A DNA stretch of 64,000 nucleotides from positions 7,775 through 71,774 of the forward strand of contig JABZHH010000002.1 of NCBI GenBank assembly GCA_015258925.1. The letters are read 5' to 3'. This document shows, piece by piece, positions 40,055 to 50,733 of the stretch. How positions within the stretch are numbered: the first letter of the stretch is position 1; every line of letters begins with the position of its first letter. The position numbers were made by a program, and so were the translations under genes. This DNA comes from Atopobium sp. (GTDB lineage: Bacteria; Actinomycetota; Coriobacteriia; Coriobacteriales; Atopobiaceae). Under the pieces are notes generated by a model. That model had not been told where the DNA came from. It saw only the letters and a program-made list of their open reading frames with translations, and searched no databases.

Positions 40055-40087
40055 GTTTTAGGTTTTACAAGGGGAGAGTTAGCAAGC

Positions 40088-41281
40088 GTGGCAGAGAAGA
40101 AAGACTTCTACGAGCTCTTAGGTGTTGCTCGTGATGCAGACCAAAAAACTATCAAGCGAGCTTTTTTAAAGCTTGCAAGAAAACTGCACCCTGATGTTTC
40201 TGATGACCCTCATGCAGAAGAAAAATTCAAAGAGGTAAACGAAGCTTATTCTGTACTTTCAGATGAGCAAAAGCGAGCCAACTATGACCGTTATGGTGAT
40301 CCTAATGGTCCATCTGGTTTTGGCGGCGGCTATGTGGATATGTCAGATATCTTTGGCGGCGGTTTTGGTGGCTTTGGAGATATCTTTGATTCCTTCTTTG
40401 GTGGCAGCCATGGTGGCCGAGGCGCTGCTCAACGCACTCGTGGTAGTGACATGGGTATCAGGCTGTCCATTACGCTGGAAGAAGCCGCAGCCGGAGTTAC
40501 TAAAACTATCTCGTATAACAGACTTTCTACCTGCGATGACTGTAACGGCACTGGTCTTGGTGAGGGCGGAAAGATTGAAGACTGTCCACGTTGTCACGGC
40601 ACGGGCACGGTGGTTCAGGTTCAAAATACTGTCTTTGGTCAGATGCAGTCTCAGACAGTTTGTCCAGAGTGCCAAGGAACAGGCAAGAAGGTTGAGCATG
40701 CCTGTGAGACCTGTGGAGGTCAGGGAAGAACTCCTGATCACGAGCGTGTTTCTGTAGAAATTCCTGCAGGTGTTCATTCTGGCCAGTCAATTTCCATTGC
40801 CGGTAAAGGTGAGGCGGGCGTTAGAGGCGACACCTCTGGTGACCTTATCGTAACCATTGAGGTTTCCCAGCATAAAGATTTTGAGCGCAGGGGAGACGAC
40901 CTCTTTACCTCAGTGAGCGTTGATTCCCTTGAGGCAATTGTTGGTACTACCGTGACCATTGACGGTATTATCAAAGATGAAACTATTGAGATTGCTATTC
41001 CAGCGGGCTGTAAGTACGGCCAACAACTGAGCGTCGCTGGTAAAGGTATGCCTCGTTTGCACACTAAGGCCCGTGGCAACCTTTACGTTCTGGTTCACAT
41101 TGAGACTTCAACTGGACTGACTAAAGATCAGTTAGAGACGCTTACCTCCCTTATTGATGAGCGCAAACAAAACTCAGCTCAAGAAACTCAAGATGAGCAG
41201 CATGATCAGAGTTCTGCAGCAGCAGATTCCTCTAATCATAATGACAAGAAAGCCAAAAAGGCTTCCAAGAAGAGGCGCTAA
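40088..41281 (+). CDS. dnaJ: Chaperone DnaJ
   Basis: HPD, G/F-rich region, four CxxCxGxG and complete C-terminal domains (GKGMP). Confidence 0.95.
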   Translation: MAEKKDFYELLGVARDADQKTIKRAFLKLARKLHPDVSDDPHAEEKFKEVNEAYSVLSDEQKRANYDRYGDPNGPSGFGGGYVDMSDIFGGGFGGFGDIFDSFFGGSHGGRGAAQRTRGSDMGIRLSITLEEAAAGVTKTISYNRLSTCDDCNGTGLGEGGKIEDCPRCHGTGTVVQVQNTVFGQMQSQTVCPECQGTGKKVEHACETCGGQGRTPDHERVSVEIPAGVHSGQSISIAGKGEAGVRGDTSGDLIVTIEVSQHKDFERRGDDLFTSVSVDSLEAIVGTTVTIDGIIKDETIEIAIPAGCKYGQQLSVAGKGMPRLHTKARGNLYVLVHIETSTGLTKDQLETLTSLIDERKQNSAQETQDEQHDQSSAAADSSNHNDKKAKKASKKRR

Positions 41282-42552
41282 TGGCTCATGGAATTGCGCT
41301 CATAAATCTTGGATGCAGGGTAAATCGCGTTGAGCTTGATTTAATGGCAGACTCTCTGCTTCGTATGGGGTGTCGCATTGTTGAAGAGGATGAAGCTCAG
41401 GCAATTGTTATCAACACCTGTGCTGTCACCGCAGAAGCCGAGGCTAAGACGAGAAAAGCCGTGCGTAAAGCAGCGCTTATGCCAGGAGCTCCTCTTGTAG
41501 TTGCAACGGGTTGTGTTGCAAGTCTTTTTGCTGACGAGCTTGCCTCTCTTGCTCCTAACGTTGTGGTAGAAGCCGAGAAGGACAAAGTTGCAGATAGAGT
41601 TCTTGAAGAGCTAGGCTTTGCTCCAGAATCCGTAAGCGACGACGGACTTGTCATCTCCAAGCCTACTCCAACAGGCCGCACGCGCCCTGGCATTAAAATC
41701 CAGGACGGTTGCGATAATCGTTGTACCTTCTGCATTGTCTGGAAGGCGCGCGGTGCGGGAAAATCCCTTGATCCTCGTGAGGTTGTTTCGCAGGTAAAAG
41801 ATGCTATGAGCAGAGGAGCTCAAGAGGTTGTTCTTACGGGAATTAATCTTGGTAGCTATAAAGCTCAACTTGAGGATGAGGGCAAGAAGACCCTCAGGCT
41901 CCCAGACCTTCTCGAGTATGTGCTTGAAAAAACAGAGGTAGGCCGCCTCAGGCTTTCTTCTCTTGAGCCACCTGATGTAAATGCTCGTTTAGTAGAGGTT
42001 ATTGCTGCTTCCAATGGAAGAATTGCACCTTTTTTGCACATCTGCCTTCAATCCGGATGTGATGCTACGCTTGCACGTATGGGCAGGGTGTATAGGACAG
42101 AGCTTTATCGCAATGCTGTTGAGGAAGCACGTTCGGTACTGCCAACCATTGCTTTGGGAACTGACCTTATCGTTGGTTTTCCTGGAGAAACTGATAAAGA
42201 ATTTGATGAGTCGTATGAGTTTTGTCGTCAGATGGGCTTTTCAAAGATGCATGTATTTAGGTATTCCAAGCGACCTGGAACGCCCGCGGCTACTGCTCCA
42301 AATCAGGTAGATCCAAAAGTGATGGCTGAGCGCGCAAAGAAAATGCGTGATCTGGGTAATGCTATGCGCTTTGATGCTGCTAAGAAGCTAGTTGGTACCT
42401 GCGATAATGTGGTGGTACAGTATCCTGGTAGGGGAATTTCTGGCGGTCTTTTTGATGTCCAGGTTGATCCTACTATTGAACTTGATGAACTTATCGCTAT
42501 GCGCTTTGATGAAGTTTTACCTAATGGAACGCTAAAAGCTACTCGTTTATAA
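41281..42552 (+). CDS. mtaB: Radical SAM methylthiotransferase, MtaB-like
   Basis: LGCRVN, INTCAVT, KIQDGCDNRCTFC and FRYSKRPGT; downstream of dnaJ. Confidence 0.8.
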   Translation: MAHGIALINLGCRVNRVELDLMADSLLRMGCRIVEEDEAQAIVINTCAVTAEAEAKTRKAVRKAALMPGAPLVVATGCVASLFADELASLAPNVVVEAEKDKVADRVLEELGFAPESVSDDGLVISKPTPTGRTRPGIKIQDGCDNRCTFCIVWKARGAGKSLDPREVVSQVKDAMSRGAQEVVLTGINLGSYKAQLEDEGKKTLRLPDLLEYVLEKTEVGRLRLSSLEPPDVNARLVEVIAASNGRIAPFLHICLQSGCDATLARMGRVYRTELYRNAVEEARSVLPTIALGTDLIVGFPGETDKEFDESYEFCRQMGFSKMHVFRYSKRPGTPAATAPNQVDPKVMAERAKKMRDLGNAMRFDAAKKLVGTCDNVVVQYPGRGISGGLFDVQVDPTIELDELIAMRFDEVLPNGTLKATRL

Positions 42553-42563
42553 ATTGGGGGAAC

Positions 42564-43523
42564 ATGGAGCCAACACAGATTCGCTTAACTATTCCTGATT
42601 CAGTGGATCCTTTATATCTGACAGGTCCAGCTGATAGTTTGCTCAGAGAAATTGAAGCGTCATGTGCGGCTCTTATTTCAGTCAGAGGCAAAGCAATCTT
42701 TTTGTCGGGAACTTCTCAAGAAATTGAGCAGTTAACGCTTATTTTTTCTCACCTAATTCAAATGGTCGAGTCTGGATCTAGGCCAACGCTTGAAGACGTA
42801 AAGTTGCTGCTTGATAGTACAAAAAGAAACGCCAGCTTAGAGCAAACGGGAACACGCACCCTGTTTGTAACTCATAAAGGCAAAGCAATTCAGCCTAAAA
42901 CACAAGGTCAAATAGCGTATACCAAGGCAATTGCAAACAATTCTATAACCTTTGGTATTGGTCCCGCGGGTACCGGCAAAACCTATTTGGCAGTTGCCAT
43001 GGCGCTTGCAGCTTTGACTTCTCAGCAAATCAGCAGAATTGTGCTAGTAAGACCTGTCGTAGAAGCAGGAGAGTCTCTCGGCTTTCTTCCAGGAACACTT
43101 CAAGAAAAGCTGGATCCCTACATTAGGCCGCTCTACGACGCTCTCTTTGATATGACCTCAATGGAGTATGCAAATAACCTTATTGAACAGGGAATCGTTG
43201 AAATTGCTCCGCTTGCATTTATGCGTGGTCGTACCATGAATGACGCGTTTGTCATTTTGGATGAGGCACAAAATACCACCCCTGAGCAGATGAAAATGTT
43301 TCTGACTCGCCTGGGTTTCTCGTCAAAGTTTGTGATAACTGGTGATGCAACACAGCGAGACCTTGTAGGAAGAAGTGGTTTGGATGTTGCTCGACAGGTG
43401 TTGGGTAATCTTGAAGACGTTGCTTTTGTTGATTTAGATAGAAATGATATTGTTCGCCACACGTTGGTTGGTAAGATAGTTGATGCATACACTGCGTATG
43501 AGAAAAAACAGCTAGGGGAGTAA
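42564..43523 (+). CDS. phoH: PhoH-family ATPase
   Basis: GPAGTGKT, LGFLPG, PLAFMRGRT and LDEAQN. Confidence 0.93.
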   Translation: MEPTQIRLTIPDSVDPLYLTGPADSLLREIEASCAALISVRGKAIFLSGTSQEIEQLTLIFSHLIQMVESGSRPTLEDVKLLLDSTKRNASLEQTGTRTLFVTHKGKAIQPKTQGQIAYTKAIANNSITFGIGPAGTGKTYLAVAMALAALTSQQISRIVLVRPVVEAGESLGFLPGTLQEKLDPYIRPLYDALFDMTSMEYANNLIEQGIVEIAPLAFMRGRTMNDAFVILDEAQNTTPEQMKMFLTRLGFSSKFVITGDATQRDLVGRSGLDVARQVLGNLEDVAFVDLDRNDIVRHTLVGKIVDAYTAYEKKQLGE

Positions 43524-43524
43524 C

Positions 43525-44034
43525 GTGGTTAACGAGTACGACATTGTGATCGAAGAGGGCGTCGAGTCGCCAATTTCTGTGGAAGAGATTGAAGCCGATT
43601 GCAACCTTGTACTCTCTGAAGAGGGTGTAGAGCGCCCTTGTACTGTGTCCATTTCCATTGTCAGTGATGAAGAGATTCAGCAGGTAAATCTTGAGTGGCG
43701 AGAAAAAAATACGCCCACAGACGTTATTTCACTTGAGGTAGAACGCCCTGATGATCCAGATTTAGCTCCCGGTGAGATGTGTGAGCTGGGAGATATTATT
43801 CTGGCTCCCAATTTTATTGCTCGACAGGCTAAAGAATATGGCACTACGGAGGCGGACGAGTTTAGGCTTATGCTCGTTCATGCCATGCTTCACCTGCTTG
43901 GATATGACCATATTGAAGATGATGAGGCAGAGGTTATGGAGGCTCGTGAAGACGCCCTTGTTGCTCTGCTTTCAACGGATAGGACTATTGAGCCAGTTGT
44001 GTTGACTCGCCACCGTGAGGGGATTGACGAGTAA
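43525..44034 (+). CDS. ybeY: rRNA maturation endoribonuclease
   Basis: TDVIS, LGDII and HAMLHLLGYDH. Confidence 0.95.
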   Translation: MVNEYDIVIEEGVESPISVEEIEADCNLVLSEEGVERPCTVSISIVSDEEIQQVNLEWREKNTPTDVISLEVERPDDPDLAPGEMCELGDIILAPNFIARQAKEYGTTEADEFRLMLVHAMLHLLGYDHIEDDEAEVMEAREDALVALLSTDRTIEPVVLTRHREGIDE

Positions 44035-44411
44035 TGATTCCGGGATCTAAGGGCAGACATCCAAGCTTTAAGCGCGGTCTTCTTTTTGCGCTACAAGGCG
44101 CACGTCAAGCGTTTGCTCAAGAGGCAAACTTGCGCCGTATGTCGGTAGCTGCTGTATTGACCGTAGTTGCGGGATTGTTTGTTGGCTTGGATGCCGTAAG
44201 CTGGGCACTTGTCCTTGCGTGTATTGGTGCGGTTTTAACCACAGAACTTCTCAATACAGCAATAGAAACTGTAGTGGACCTGGTTTCTCCTGAGTTTCAT
44301 CCTATGGCTGGTAAAGCCAAAGATATTGCGGCAGCTGCCTCATGCTGCATCAGCATCACCGCAGCTCTTATAGGACTTTTGATTTTCTTGCGTGCAATTT
44401 TTCATTGGTAA
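44034..44411 (+). CDS. dgkA: Diacylglycerol/undecaprenol kinase family protein
   Basis: ELLNTAIE.VVD and AKDIAAA; three TM segments. Confidence 0.88.
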   Translation: MIPGSKGRHPSFKRGLLFALQGARQAFAQEANLRRMSVAAVLTVVAGLFVGLDAVSWALVLACIGAVLTTELLNTAIETVVDLVSPEFHPMAGKAKDIAAAASCCISITAALIGLLIFLRAIFHW

Positions 44412-44423
44412 GTTGGAGGACAT

Positions 44424-45362
44424 ATGACCGCCAATTCAGTTTCTGAAAACACTTCATCTGATACCACTCCATTTAGGAGCGGTTTTGTTGCTTTAGTTGG
44501 TCGTCCAAGTGTTGGTAAGTCCACACTGTTAAATGCTTGCATGGGCCAGAAAGTAGCTATCGCAAGCCCTGTTGCCCAGACAACGCGCCGTCGTTTTAGG
44601 GCAGTGGTAAACGGTGAGAACTCTCAGCTGGTCATTGTAGATACCCCAGGCCTCCACAAGCCCAAAGACGCTCTTGGAAAAGAGCTCAACAAGGCAGCGC
44701 TCGGCGAGCTTAATGACGCTGATGTTATTGCTTTTTTGATTGATGCTACTAAGCCTGTTGGTCGTGGAGATGAATGGGTTGCCAATCATGTTGAGCAGGC
44801 GCATGCCGCCTTTAAGCTGCTGGTTATTACCAAGGCTGACATTGCAACTCCAGAGCAAGTAGCAGAACAGCTTGAGGCCGCACAGGCTCTTGCGCACTTT
44901 GATGACGTGCTTGTTGTTTCTGCTCCAGAAGACTTCAATATCCAGGCATTTATTGCGCTTGTTTCAGAGCATCTTCCTGAGGGTCCTATGTGGTTCCCAG
45001 AGGACATGGAGACTGACGCATTGCCAGAAGACCTGGTAGCAGAGTTTGTCCGCGAGAAGCTCTTGTTGAATCTTCGTCAGGAAGTTCCCCATTCTGTTGC
45101 CGTTGTTTGCGATTCCTATGAGGTGGCAACGGACGGCCACTTATCTATTTCTGCCACCATTTTGGTTGAGCGAGAAGGACAAAAGGGCATTGTAGTTGGC
45201 CAGGGCGGCTCTATGATTAAGCGCGTTGGCGTGGAGGCTAGAAAAGACCTGGAGAAACTGTTTGGTCGCAAGGTTTATCTTGACCTGCAGGTGCGCGTTC
45301 AGCCTCTCTGGAGGCGTGATGCCAATGAGATTAAGCGCCTGGGTTACTCAACTGAGGACTAG
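44424..45362 (+). CDS. era: GTPase Era
   Basis: GRPSVGKST, QTTR, DTPG, EVPHS and KH domain. Confidence 0.96.
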   Translation: MTANSVSENTSSDTTPFRSGFVALVGRPSVGKSTLLNACMGQKVAIASPVAQTTRRRFRAVVNGENSQLVIVDTPGLHKPKDALGKELNKAALGELNDADVIAFLIDATKPVGRGDEWVANHVEQAHAAFKLLVITKADIATPEQVAEQLEAAQALAHFDDVLVVSAPEDFNIQAFIALVSEHLPEGPMWFPEDMETDALPEDLVAEFVREKLLLNLRQEVPHSVAVVCDSYEVATDGHLSISATILVEREGQKGIVVGQGGSMIKRVGVEARKDLEKLFGRKVYLDLQVRVQPLWRRDANEIKRLGYSTED

Positions 45363-45364
45363 TT

Positions 45365-46114
45365 GTGCCTGGTAGAAAGAGCGCGCGTCTTAAAGCAATT
45401 GTGCTTGATAGAACAAAACTCGCTGAGCAAGATCTCATCTTAACCATGCTCTCCGATTCGGGAGAAGAACGTCGCGCTGTCGCAAAGGGTGCTAGAAAGC
45501 CAGGCGGCCGCTTTGCTGCTCGCGTTGAACTGTTTTGTGAGCTAGACGTACTGCTGGCAGAAGGTCGTTCGCTTGACATCTTGTCCGAGGCAATCTTGCT
45601 TGAGCCGCACGCATCGCTGCGCGGAGATCTCTCTAAGGTAGCAGCTGCGTCGGCAATCTGCGAAGTTGCACGCCTCTCGTGCATCGATGGCATTGAGGAC
45701 GCATTTCTCTATCCGCTGCTTTCACGTGCTCTCAGAGCCTGCGAAGAAGTAGATGACGAGAAACACTTAGATCTTGTTGTTGCCGCTTACGTGTTTAAGG
45801 TCTTGGCACACGAAGGCTGGCGTCCTGAGCTGGAATCGTGCATTGCCTGTGGAGATGAAGCCCTGACGTACTTCTCGCCAGCTGCTGGTGGCGCATTGTG
45901 TGGAAGTTGTGCGCATGAGATTGAGGGAGCCATTGAGGTAACTCCGCTTGAGCTCTCGTGGTTGTCGTCGCTTCTAAAACTTACTTTTGACCAGCTTGTT
46001 ATTGCTGAGATTGCTCCAGAAACTGCACTCTTTTTGCTCACAAGCGCGCATATTTGGGCAGCCACACACCTTGAAGCGCGCCTTAAAGCATTTGAATTTC
46101 TGCTCAGTATCTAG
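45365..46114 (+). CDS. recO: DNA repair protein RecO
   Basis: E.DLIL, AVAKGARK and CxxC...CxxC; follows era. Confidence 0.92.
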   Translation: MPGRKSARLKAIVLDRTKLAEQDLILTMLSDSGEERRAVAKGARKPGGRFAARVELFCELDVLLAEGRSLDILSEAILLEPHASLRGDLSKVAAASAICEVARLSCIDGIEDAFLYPLLSRALRACEEVDDEKHLDLVVAAYVFKVLAHEGWRPELESCIACGDEALTYFSPAAGGALCGSCAHEIEGAIEVTPLELSWLSSLLKLTFDQLVIAEIAPETALFLLTSAHIWAATHLEARLKAFEFLLSI

Positions 46115-46173
46115 TTGAAGTGGATTTTTGCTAGCAAAGTTCACCAGTAACTGGTATCCTTTTGTAGGTTATT

Positions 46174-46223
46174 TCCTTGTTCTTAGGGGCTAGTCACTGC
46201 CGGCTACCTTCTCAGTACAAGGA
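46174..46223 (+). promoter_or_regulatory. Structured 5' leader of rpsO (candidate S15 autoregulatory element)
   Basis: TCCTTGT/ACAAGGA closing stem with an inner TAGTC/GGCTA stem, between a TGGTATCCT extended -10 and the RBS. Confidence 0.5.
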
Positions 46224-46249
46224 GTATTCAACGCGAAAGGCGGTTTATT

Positions 46250-46528
46250 ATGGCAGTAACTAAGGATCGTAAGGCTGAGCTCATCAAGCAGTACGGCAAG
46301 GACGAGAAGGACTCCGGTTCCGCACAGGTTCAGGTTGCTCTTCTTACTGAGCGTATTCGTCAGCTCACCGACCACATGAAGTCCCACCAGAAGGACTTCC
46401 ACACTCGTCGTGGTCTTCTGATGCTCGTTGGTAAGCGTCGTCGTCTTCTTTCTTACATCAAGTCGAACGACATTGAAGAGTACCGTACTCTTATTGCTTC
46501 CCTGGGTATCCGCGACAACATCCAGTAA
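46250..46528 (+). CDS. rpsO: 30S ribosomal protein S15
   Basis: DSGS..VQVALLT.RI and [11 protein letters not shown]. Confidence 0.98.
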   Translation: MAVTKDRKAELIKQYGKDEKDSGSAQVQVALLTERIRQLTDHMKSHQKDFHTRRGLLMLVGKRRRLLSYIKSNDIEEYRTLIASLGIRDNIQ

Positions 46529-46539
46529 GTTGGCTTTTT

Positions 46540-46562
46540 AGGGCGCCGTCTGGCGCCCTTTA
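46540..46562 (+). terminator. Hairpin/terminator after rpsO
   Basis: AGGGCGCC-gtct-GGCGCCCT followed by a short T-run. Confidence 0.65.
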
Positions 46563-46612
46563 TGTTTGAGGCCCGTTTGCAATGGGGCAAACGGAGATAG
46601 AAGAGGAAAGAA

Positions 46613-48814
46613 ATGACTAAAGTAACTCACGAATTTGACCTCTATGGTAAGCACTACACCCTTGAGGCTGGTGAGCTCGCAAAGCAGGCAACAGGTGCCT
46701 GTATCGTTAAGTGCGGCGATTCTACCGTACTTCTCACTGCAGTGGTTTCCAAGGAGCGCAAAGATTACGACTTCTTCCCACTGACTGTTGATTTTATTGA
46801 GAAAATGTACGCAGTTGGTCGCGTTCCTGGTGGATACCTCAAGCGTGAGGCTCGTCCATCCGAGAAGGCAACCCTTACTGCTCGTATGATTGACCGTCCT
46901 CTGCGCCCATCCTTCCCAGATGGCTTCCGCAATGAGGTTCAGATTGTTGCAACTTCCCTTGTTGCTGATCAGGTAAACGCTGTTGATACCATCTCTGTCA
47001 TGGGCGCTTCTGCTGCTCTGGCCGTTGGTGGCGTTCCTTTTGAGGGACCACTTGCGTGCGTCCGTATTGGTCGCAACGCTGATACCGGCGAGTTCCTGGT
47101 TAACCCAACCTATGAAGAGCGCGATCACTCTGACCTTGACCTTGAGCTTGGCGGTTCTTCCACCTTTATTTCCATGCTTGAGGCTGGTGCAGATGAGATT
47201 TCCGAAGAGGATATGCTCTCCGCTATGGCATTTGGTCAGGAGGCAATTGCAGCCTTCTGCGAGGAGCAGAAGAAGTTTATTGCTAAGTGGGAAGAGGTTA
47301 ACGGCCCTATCGTCAAGCGCGAGTACATCCTTGACGAGCCAATCGCTGAGGTCCATGACCGCATCTTTGCTTACTATGACCAGATGAGTGCTGCTCTTAA
47401 GGACGCTGACAAGCAGTCCCGTATGCAGAAGGTTGCTGACCTGATGGACGAGATTAAGGCTCAGTTCACCGAGGAGGAGCAGGAGCTTTGGAGCCGCGCT
47501 ATTGCCGTTGAGCTCAAGGGTCTTGAGAAGCACGCTATGCGCGTCATGGTTGTTGAGACCGGCGAGCGTGTTGACGGCCGTGTTGCAGACGAGATCCGTC
47601 CAATCATGGTCAAGCCTGATTACCTGCCACTTGTTCACGGCTCTGGTCTTTTCCAGCGTGGTCAGACTCAGGTTCTCTCCATTTGTACACTTGGCATGCT
47701 CAACGAGTGGCAGCGTCTTGACACCATTGAGCCAATGGATGGCAAGCGCTACATTCACCACTACAACTTCCCACCATTCTGCACTGGTGAGACTGGCCGT
47801 ATGGGCAGTCCAAAGCGCCGCGAGATTGGTCACGGAGCTCTTGCAGAGCGCGCACTTCTGCCTGTCATTCCTTCCGAGGAAGAGTTCCCTTACACCATCC
47901 GCGTTGTCTCTGAGGTAATGGAGTCCAATGGTTCTTCTTCCATGGCTTCTACCTGCGGTTCTACGCTTTCCCTTATGGATGCAGGCGTTCCTCTAAAGCG
48001 TCCTGTTTCTGGTGTTGCAATGGGTCTTATCCAGGAGAACGGCAAGACTGTTGTTCTTACCGATATCCAGGGTCTTGAGGACTTCCTCGGTGACATGGAC
48101 TTCAAGGTCTGTGGTACCACTAAGGGCATTACTGCAATGCAGATGGACAACAAGGCAACTGGTCTTACTCCAGAGATTCTGCGCAGCGCACTTCTTCAGG
48201 CTCAAGAGGGCCGTATGTTCATTCTGAACAAGATGCTCGAGCAGATTCCTGCACCTCGTACTGAGACCAAAGAGACCGCTCCACAGATCATCTCGCTTTC
48301 TATTCCAACCGATAAGATTCGCGACGTCATTGGTTCTGGTGGCAAGGTTATCCGCGGTATCCAGGAGGATACGGGCGCAACCGTTGACATCCAGGAGGAT
48401 GGCACCGTCTTTATCGCTGGTACTAACGGTGCTGCCGAGGCTGCTGCAGAGCGCATCAAGGCTATTGTTAAGGTTCCAGAGGTAGGCGAGGAGTACACTG
48501 GTCGCGTCGTTGGTCTTCAGCCATTCGGCGCCTTTGTTGAGCTCCTTCCTGGCAAGGACGGTCTGCTTCATATTTCCCGTGTTGCACAGGGACGTGTCGA
48601 GAAGATCGAGGATGTCCTGGCTGTTGGCGACGAGGTTAAGGTTCAGGTCCTTGAGGTAGACGAGAAGGGCAAGATTTCTCTTGACCGTCTTGATAAGCCA
48701 GAGGCACCACAAGGTGCTCCAAAGAAGGACCGTGAGGAGCGTCGCCCACGTCGTCAGAACAACGACAACGGCAACTCTGAGCACAGGCAGCCACGTCGTC
48801 ACCACGACGCATAA
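46613..48814 (+). CDS. pnp: Polyribonucleotide nucleotidyltransferase (PNPase)
   Basis: DFFPLTV, RREIGHG, ESNGSSSMAS and GDMDFKV; KH and S1 domains. Confidence 0.98.
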   Translation: MTKVTHEFDLYGKHYTLEAGELAKQATGACIVKCGDSTVLLTAVVSKERKDYDFFPLTVDFIEKMYAVGRVPGGYLKREARPSEKATLTARMIDRPLRPSFPDGFRNEVQIVATSLVADQVNAVDTISVMGASAALAVGGVPFEGPLACVRIGRNADTGEFLVNPTYEERDHSDLDLELGGSSTFISMLEAGADEISEEDMLSAMAFGQEAIAAFCEEQKKFIAKWEEVNGPIVKREYILDEPIAEVHDRIFAYYDQMSAALKDADKQSRMQKVADLMDEIKAQFTEEEQELWSRAIAVELKGLEKHAMRVMVVETGERVDGRVADEIRPIMVKPDYLPLVHGSGLFQRGQTQVLSICTLGMLNEWQRLDTIEPMDGKRYIHHYNFPPFCTGETGRMGSPKRREIGHGALAERALLPVIPSEEEFPYTIRVVSEVMESNGSSSMASTCGSTLSLMDAGVPLKRPVSGVAMGLIQENGKTVVLTDIQGLEDFLGDMDFKVCGTTKGITAMQMDNKATGLTPEILRSALLQAQEGRMFILNKMLEQIPAPRTETKETAPQIISLSIPTDKIRDVIGSGGKVIRGIQEDTGATVDIQEDGTVFIAGTNGAAEAAAERIKAIVKVPEVGEEYTGRVVGLQPFGAFVELLPGKDGLLHISRVAQGRVEKIEDVLAVGDEVKVQVLEVDEKGKISLDRLDKPEAPQGAPKKDREERRPRRQNNDNGNSEHRQPRRHHDA

Positions 48815-48874
48815 GGCACGCTCAAACTCAAAGGGTTTCTCGCCACGCGAGGTCTTATAAAACATGAGGTATTG

Positions 48875-48909
48875 AAGAGAGCTTCGATGCATGTCGGAGC
48901 TCTCTTGTT
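48875..48909 (+). terminator. Terminator after pnp
   Basis: AAGAGAGCTTCGA...TCGGAGCTCTCTT hairpin with a T-rich tail. Confidence 0.7.
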
Positions 48910-49063
48910 ATTCTGTTGAGATTTTGATTCTTTGGGAATATATAGCGTAATACGTGCAGATTTTTTATATAATTAAACAACATGTAGATTTTGCAAAAAG
49001 TCTTGTAGACGGCCCTTTGGGGTGGCGTCTGTTATAGAAAGTTATTGAAAGGAAAGCGTTTTA

Positions 49064-50728
49064 ATGCCTAAGAAAGACCCAGCTCTTAAAGTCATTCCTA
49101 TGGGCGGACTTGATGGCATCGGCAAGAACATGACCGTTTTTGAATACGGTAATGATATGGTGCTTGTTGATGCTGGTTTAATGTTCCCAGATGACGAACA
49201 GCCTGGTATTGACCTAGTTTTGCCAGACTACACCTATGTACTAGAAAATGAAGATAAGCTTCGCGGTATTTTGATTACCCACGGTCACGAGGATCATATT
49301 GGTGCTCTTCCGTACCTGCTTATGGATCTTACTCGTAAGGTGCCAATCTATTCCAGCAAGCTCTCGCTTGGCTTTATTGAAGGTAAGCTTGCTGAGCACA
49401 AGATTGTGGGCACCAAGCTTCGTGAGGTTACTGATGGCTCAAAGGTCCAGCTTGGTGCCTTTGACATCACGTTCTTCTCGATGACCCACTCTATTCCTGC
49501 TGCTTTTGGTATTCATATGAAGACCCCTGCAGGAACGCTTATTCACTCCGGTGACTTCAAGCTTGATCAGACTCCAATTGATGGCGTGCGTCCAAATTAT
49601 GCGGCTATCACCAAGTTTGGCTCCGAGGGCCTTGACCTGCTGTTGTCTGACTCAACCAACGCTAATCACCCTGGTATGACCCCATCCGAGGCTTCTGTTG
49701 GTGCGGCGCTTCGTCACATCATCAAGAATGCAACTGGTCGCGTCTTTGTTGCGTCGTTCTCAAGTCACATTCACCGCCTGCAGCAGGTGTGCGATGCCTC
49801 TGTTGCGGTAAAGCGTAAGGTTGTTGTTACCGGTCGCTCTATGATTACCAACACAAAGGTGGCGCGTGAGCTTGGTTACCTCAACATTGCCGATAAAGAC
49901 ATCGTTGATGCGTATGATGTTGATAAACTCGCAGATGATCGCATTGTTGTTCTGTGCACCGGTTCCCAGGGAGAGCCTCTGAGTGCTTTGGCACGCATGG
50001 CAAACGGAGAGCACAAGTCGCTTTCCATTCGTCCTCAGGACACCGTAATCATCTCTGCAACTCCTGTTCCAGGTAACGAGAAGAGCGTTCAGTCCATCAT
50101 CAACGCGCTCTCTAAGATTGGTTGCGAGATTTACGACAAGTCAAAGGCACTTGTCCACGTTTCTGGCCATGGTAGCCAGGAAGAGCTCAAGCTTATGCTT
50201 GGTATGGCTCGTCCAAAGAACTTCATGCCTGTTCATGGTGAGGCTGTTCACCTGCGTGCTCACGCAGAACTTGCTCAGCAGATGGGTGTTCCTGCAAACC
50301 GTATTTTCATTCTTGATAACGGCGACACGCTTGAGATGAGAAATGGCAAGGTTACTCGTGGTAAGACGGTTGAGTCTGGCGTAGTGTACGTTGACGGCCT
50401 CTCTGTCACCGACGCTAACCCTGTTGTTCTTCGTGACCGTCAGCGCCTTTCTCAGGACGGCATTGTTACCGCTGTGGTAACCCTTGTTGGTCGCAACCTT
50501 AAGCCTGGTGTTGTTGAGATTTCTGGCCGTGGTGTTTCATTTGCTGATGATGATGAGCTTATGAATGACGCACAGAATCTTGTGAGAAATTCAATCGAGA
50601 AGGCCTCTAAGTCCGAAGGCGCAAACATTGAAGCAATGAGAAAGAGCGTTCGTAACGCCCTTTCTAACTTCCTTTGGAGCAAAACTCGTACTCGACCAAT
50701 GGTTATTCCGGTCATTATGGAGGTATAA
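49064..50728 (+). CDS. rnj: Ribonuclease J
   Basis: GG..IGKNM, THGHEDHIG, GDFK, TGSQGEP, HVSGH and PVHGE. Confidence 0.96.
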   Translation: MPKKDPALKVIPMGGLDGIGKNMTVFEYGNDMVLVDAGLMFPDDEQPGIDLVLPDYTYVLENEDKLRGILITHGHEDHIGALPYLLMDLTRKVPIYSSKLSLGFIEGKLAEHKIVGTKLREVTDGSKVQLGAFDITFFSMTHSIPAAFGIHMKTPAGTLIHSGDFKLDQTPIDGVRPNYAAITKFGSEGLDLLLSDSTNANHPGMTPSEASVGAALRHIIKNATGRVFVASFSSHIHRLQQVCDASVAVKRKVVVTGRSMITNTKVARELGYLNIADKDIVDAYDVDKLADDRIVVLCTGSQGEPLSALARMANGEHKSLSIRPQDTVIISATPVPGNEKSVQSIINALSKIGCEIYDKSKALVHVSGHGSQEELKLMLGMARPKNFMPVHGEAVHLRAHAELAQQMGVPANRIFILDNGDTLEMRNGKVTRGKTVESGVVYVDGLSVTDANPVVLRDRQRLSQDGIVTAVVTLVGRNLKPGVVEISGRGVSFADDDELMNDAQNLVRNSIEKASKSEGANIEAMRKSVRNALSNFLWSKTRTRPMVIPVIMEV

Positions 50729-50733
50729 GCCCA

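Noticed and set aside
46538..48892. 431-aa and 299-aa ORFs on the - strand
   Set aside because: Antisense shadows of the codon-biased pnp gene.
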